In this document: positions 61,880 to 64,000 of the stretch, piece after piece
Numbering within the stretch: position 1 is the first letter of the stretch
Layout of the letters: every line of letters begins with the position of its first letter
Source of the DNA: Octopus sinensis
Taxonomy: Eukaryota
Assembly: GCF_006345805.1 (NCBI RefSeq)
Contig: NC_043022.1
Span: forward strand, 17,050,001 to 17,114,000
Length of the DNA stretch: 64,000 nt
Reading direction: 5' to 3'
Program-made: the position numbers and the translations under genes
The notes under the pieces: generated by a model
The model's database searches: none
What the model saw: the letters and a program-made list of their open reading frames with translations, nothing else
What the model was told of the DNA's origin: nothing

Positions 61880-62604
61880 TAAGGGATTTGCAGCATATTA
61901 GGAGGTCAGGATACTTGATTCCACGCAAAAAATCCGAGGTTTTTTTTTTTCTTAGTGAAACTCGTGCGGGTGTTAATATAAAAATTTACCCTTTTTTTTT
62001 AATGAAATTTCCTAGAAATACCTCTCAGAGTGTGTGGATTACGACATCGAAATTTGATATGAAAAGCATAATGGTGAGCACACATCCATACGTATTGACA
62101 CAAGATTTTTTTCTCTCGAGATTTTAAGCTTCATTTTGTGTATATAGGTGATATATCATTATGAATGAATGCCAGCTAAGCAATTTTCATTTTTTTTTTT
62201 TAATATTGAATTTCGATATAGTCGTAATTAAAACACACTGGAAGTATTTATAGGAAATTTCATTAAAAAATACCAATTTTTCTGGCAGTTATGAAAAAGC
62301 AGAGGCGACTCGTGTGAATTTTCCGAAACGCCTCTCACCACCCTCGGAATAGATACCTTTCAGTGAGTTTTAATTACGATTATATCAAATTTACATCATT
62401 TGAAGGGTATTTGTAGAAAGTTTCATGAAAAAATATCCATTTCTCTGGAAATTATGAAGAACCAAAATGGGGCTGGGATGGCACATTCGTCTCCTACAGA
62501 TGTAGGAGACGAACACTACTCCTCCACATGATCGGCTTGAAAAATTGTTAAGATATTGAGATATTTAACTATTTTTCTCTACATGAAACCAATGGTAGCC
62601 TTAA
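61880..62604. mobile_element. Putative non-autonomous DNA transposon (Kolobok-like TTAA end) with internal repeats homologous to the satellite monomer; left end unresolved
   Basis: Right end ...GGTAGCC|TTAA (62601-62604); perfect 13-bp hairpin at 62486-62513; satellite-like segments in both orientations at ~61925-62055, 62205-62290 and 62352-62460. Confidence 0.5.
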
Positions 62605-62720
62605 TTCACAAAATAGAAATTCTATACATTTTCATCGTTCGACATTTACGTATATATATATATATATATAATATATATATATATATATTACATTTGAGTA
62701 TGGTATGATAGTCCCTCAAA

Positions 62721-62870
62721 ATGAATACTGTTGGGAAAATGGAGATAATACGGATGGACTCATCGCTAAAAGACATACCAATACCAACTAAGGACACTTA
62801 TATTAAGGAGTTAATATTTAGGATTAATGAATTTATCCATAGAATTCGGTGGAAAATGTATTATATACTA
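62721..62870 (+). mobile_element. Penelope-like element ORF N-terminal remnant
   Basis: SLKDIPIPTKDTYIKELIFRINEFIHRIRWKMYY resembles the recalled PLE N-terminal motif (SLKNIP.P....Y...LI...E.F..R.RWK). Confidence 0.55.
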
Positions 62871-63051
62871 TATGTATGTATGTTACTATGGTTGTCGTTT
62901 TCATAAATAAATAAGTCAACATTTTAATATACTAAAGCTGATGAACCAACTAATGTGCTGCCCCATTTTCTTATTTGTAATATATATATATAATATATAT
63001 ATATTATATATATATATAAACTTTTATTAATCTTGTCTCCATCTTCTCTCT

Positions 63052-63094
<43 letters not shown>

Positions 63095-63221
63095 AAGGGT
63101 GGAAAGGAACACACGAGTTGATATATATGAAAAAACATTTTTGACTTGTTTTTTCATATATATATATATATATATATACTTACATATTAGACCAAAAGGG
63201 GTACGGACGTCGCTATATATA

Positions 63222-63602
<381 letters not shown>

Positions 63603-63904
63603 TCACACACATACACACAGACCAAGAGAGAAGATGGGGAAAAGAATAATAAAAGTTAACATTGACAAGTGCTTGCTTTGTGTCAGGCAATTCAACAAGT
63701 CGAATCTTGGATATTTTTATCCCTCCGAGGTTTATATCCTCACGCTGACATAGAACCAACGTTGAACCCTTTATTCGCAATATTAACGAATCTGGAACTT
63801 AACTATGGTCTGTCTATAGCACTCATTCAGCATTACCTGACACCTTCGGGTCTCAATGACACCATTATCTCTTATATATATATTTGTTTATGTATGTATA
63901 TATA

Positions 63905-64000
63905 TTTGTCCCCCTAGCATTGCTTGACAACCGATGCTGGTGTGTTTATGTCCCCGTTACTTAGCGGTTCGGCAAAAGAGACCGATAGAATAAGTACTGG
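63905..64000 (+). mobile_element. SINE 3' half, truncated by the window end
   Basis: GCTTGACAACCGATGCTGGTGTGTTTATGTCCCCGTTACTTAGCGGTTCGGCAAAAGAGACCGATAGAATAAGTAC. Confidence 0.85.

Overview
Eukaryotic, AT-rich genomic DNA, most likely an octopus (inferred from the tRNA-derived SINE families and microsatellite load; not database-checked). Bases 1-31789 are one uninterrupted, single-orientation satellite array of about 200 monomers of 158-160 bp, continuing off the left edge. It has layered higher-order structure: 9-15-mer units, an ~8.07-kb and an ~6.5-kb internal duplication, and a homogenised 160-bp layer. All four consensus CpGs show deamination-type variants. The right half carries one complete minus-strand gene assembled by hand from 8 GT-AG exons (55148 to 33672, 1056 nt, 351 aa): SUMF2/pFGE, the catalytically inactive FGE paralogue, with a signal peptide and a C-terminal HFEL. 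Its stop codon lies ~1.9 kb from the array edge. Introns and flanks are filled with SINEs, degraded LINEs (RTE, R4/NeSL-like, CR1-like, Penelope-like), Helitron-like elements, mariner/hAT MITEs, long inverted repeats and minisatellites. The most notable observation is that a dispersed transposon-like element at ~61.9-62.6 kb contains diverged copies of much of the satellite monomer, suggesting a transposon origin for this candidate (peri)centromeric satellite. The repeated ORFs listed in 1-31.8 kb are translations of the satellite, not genes.
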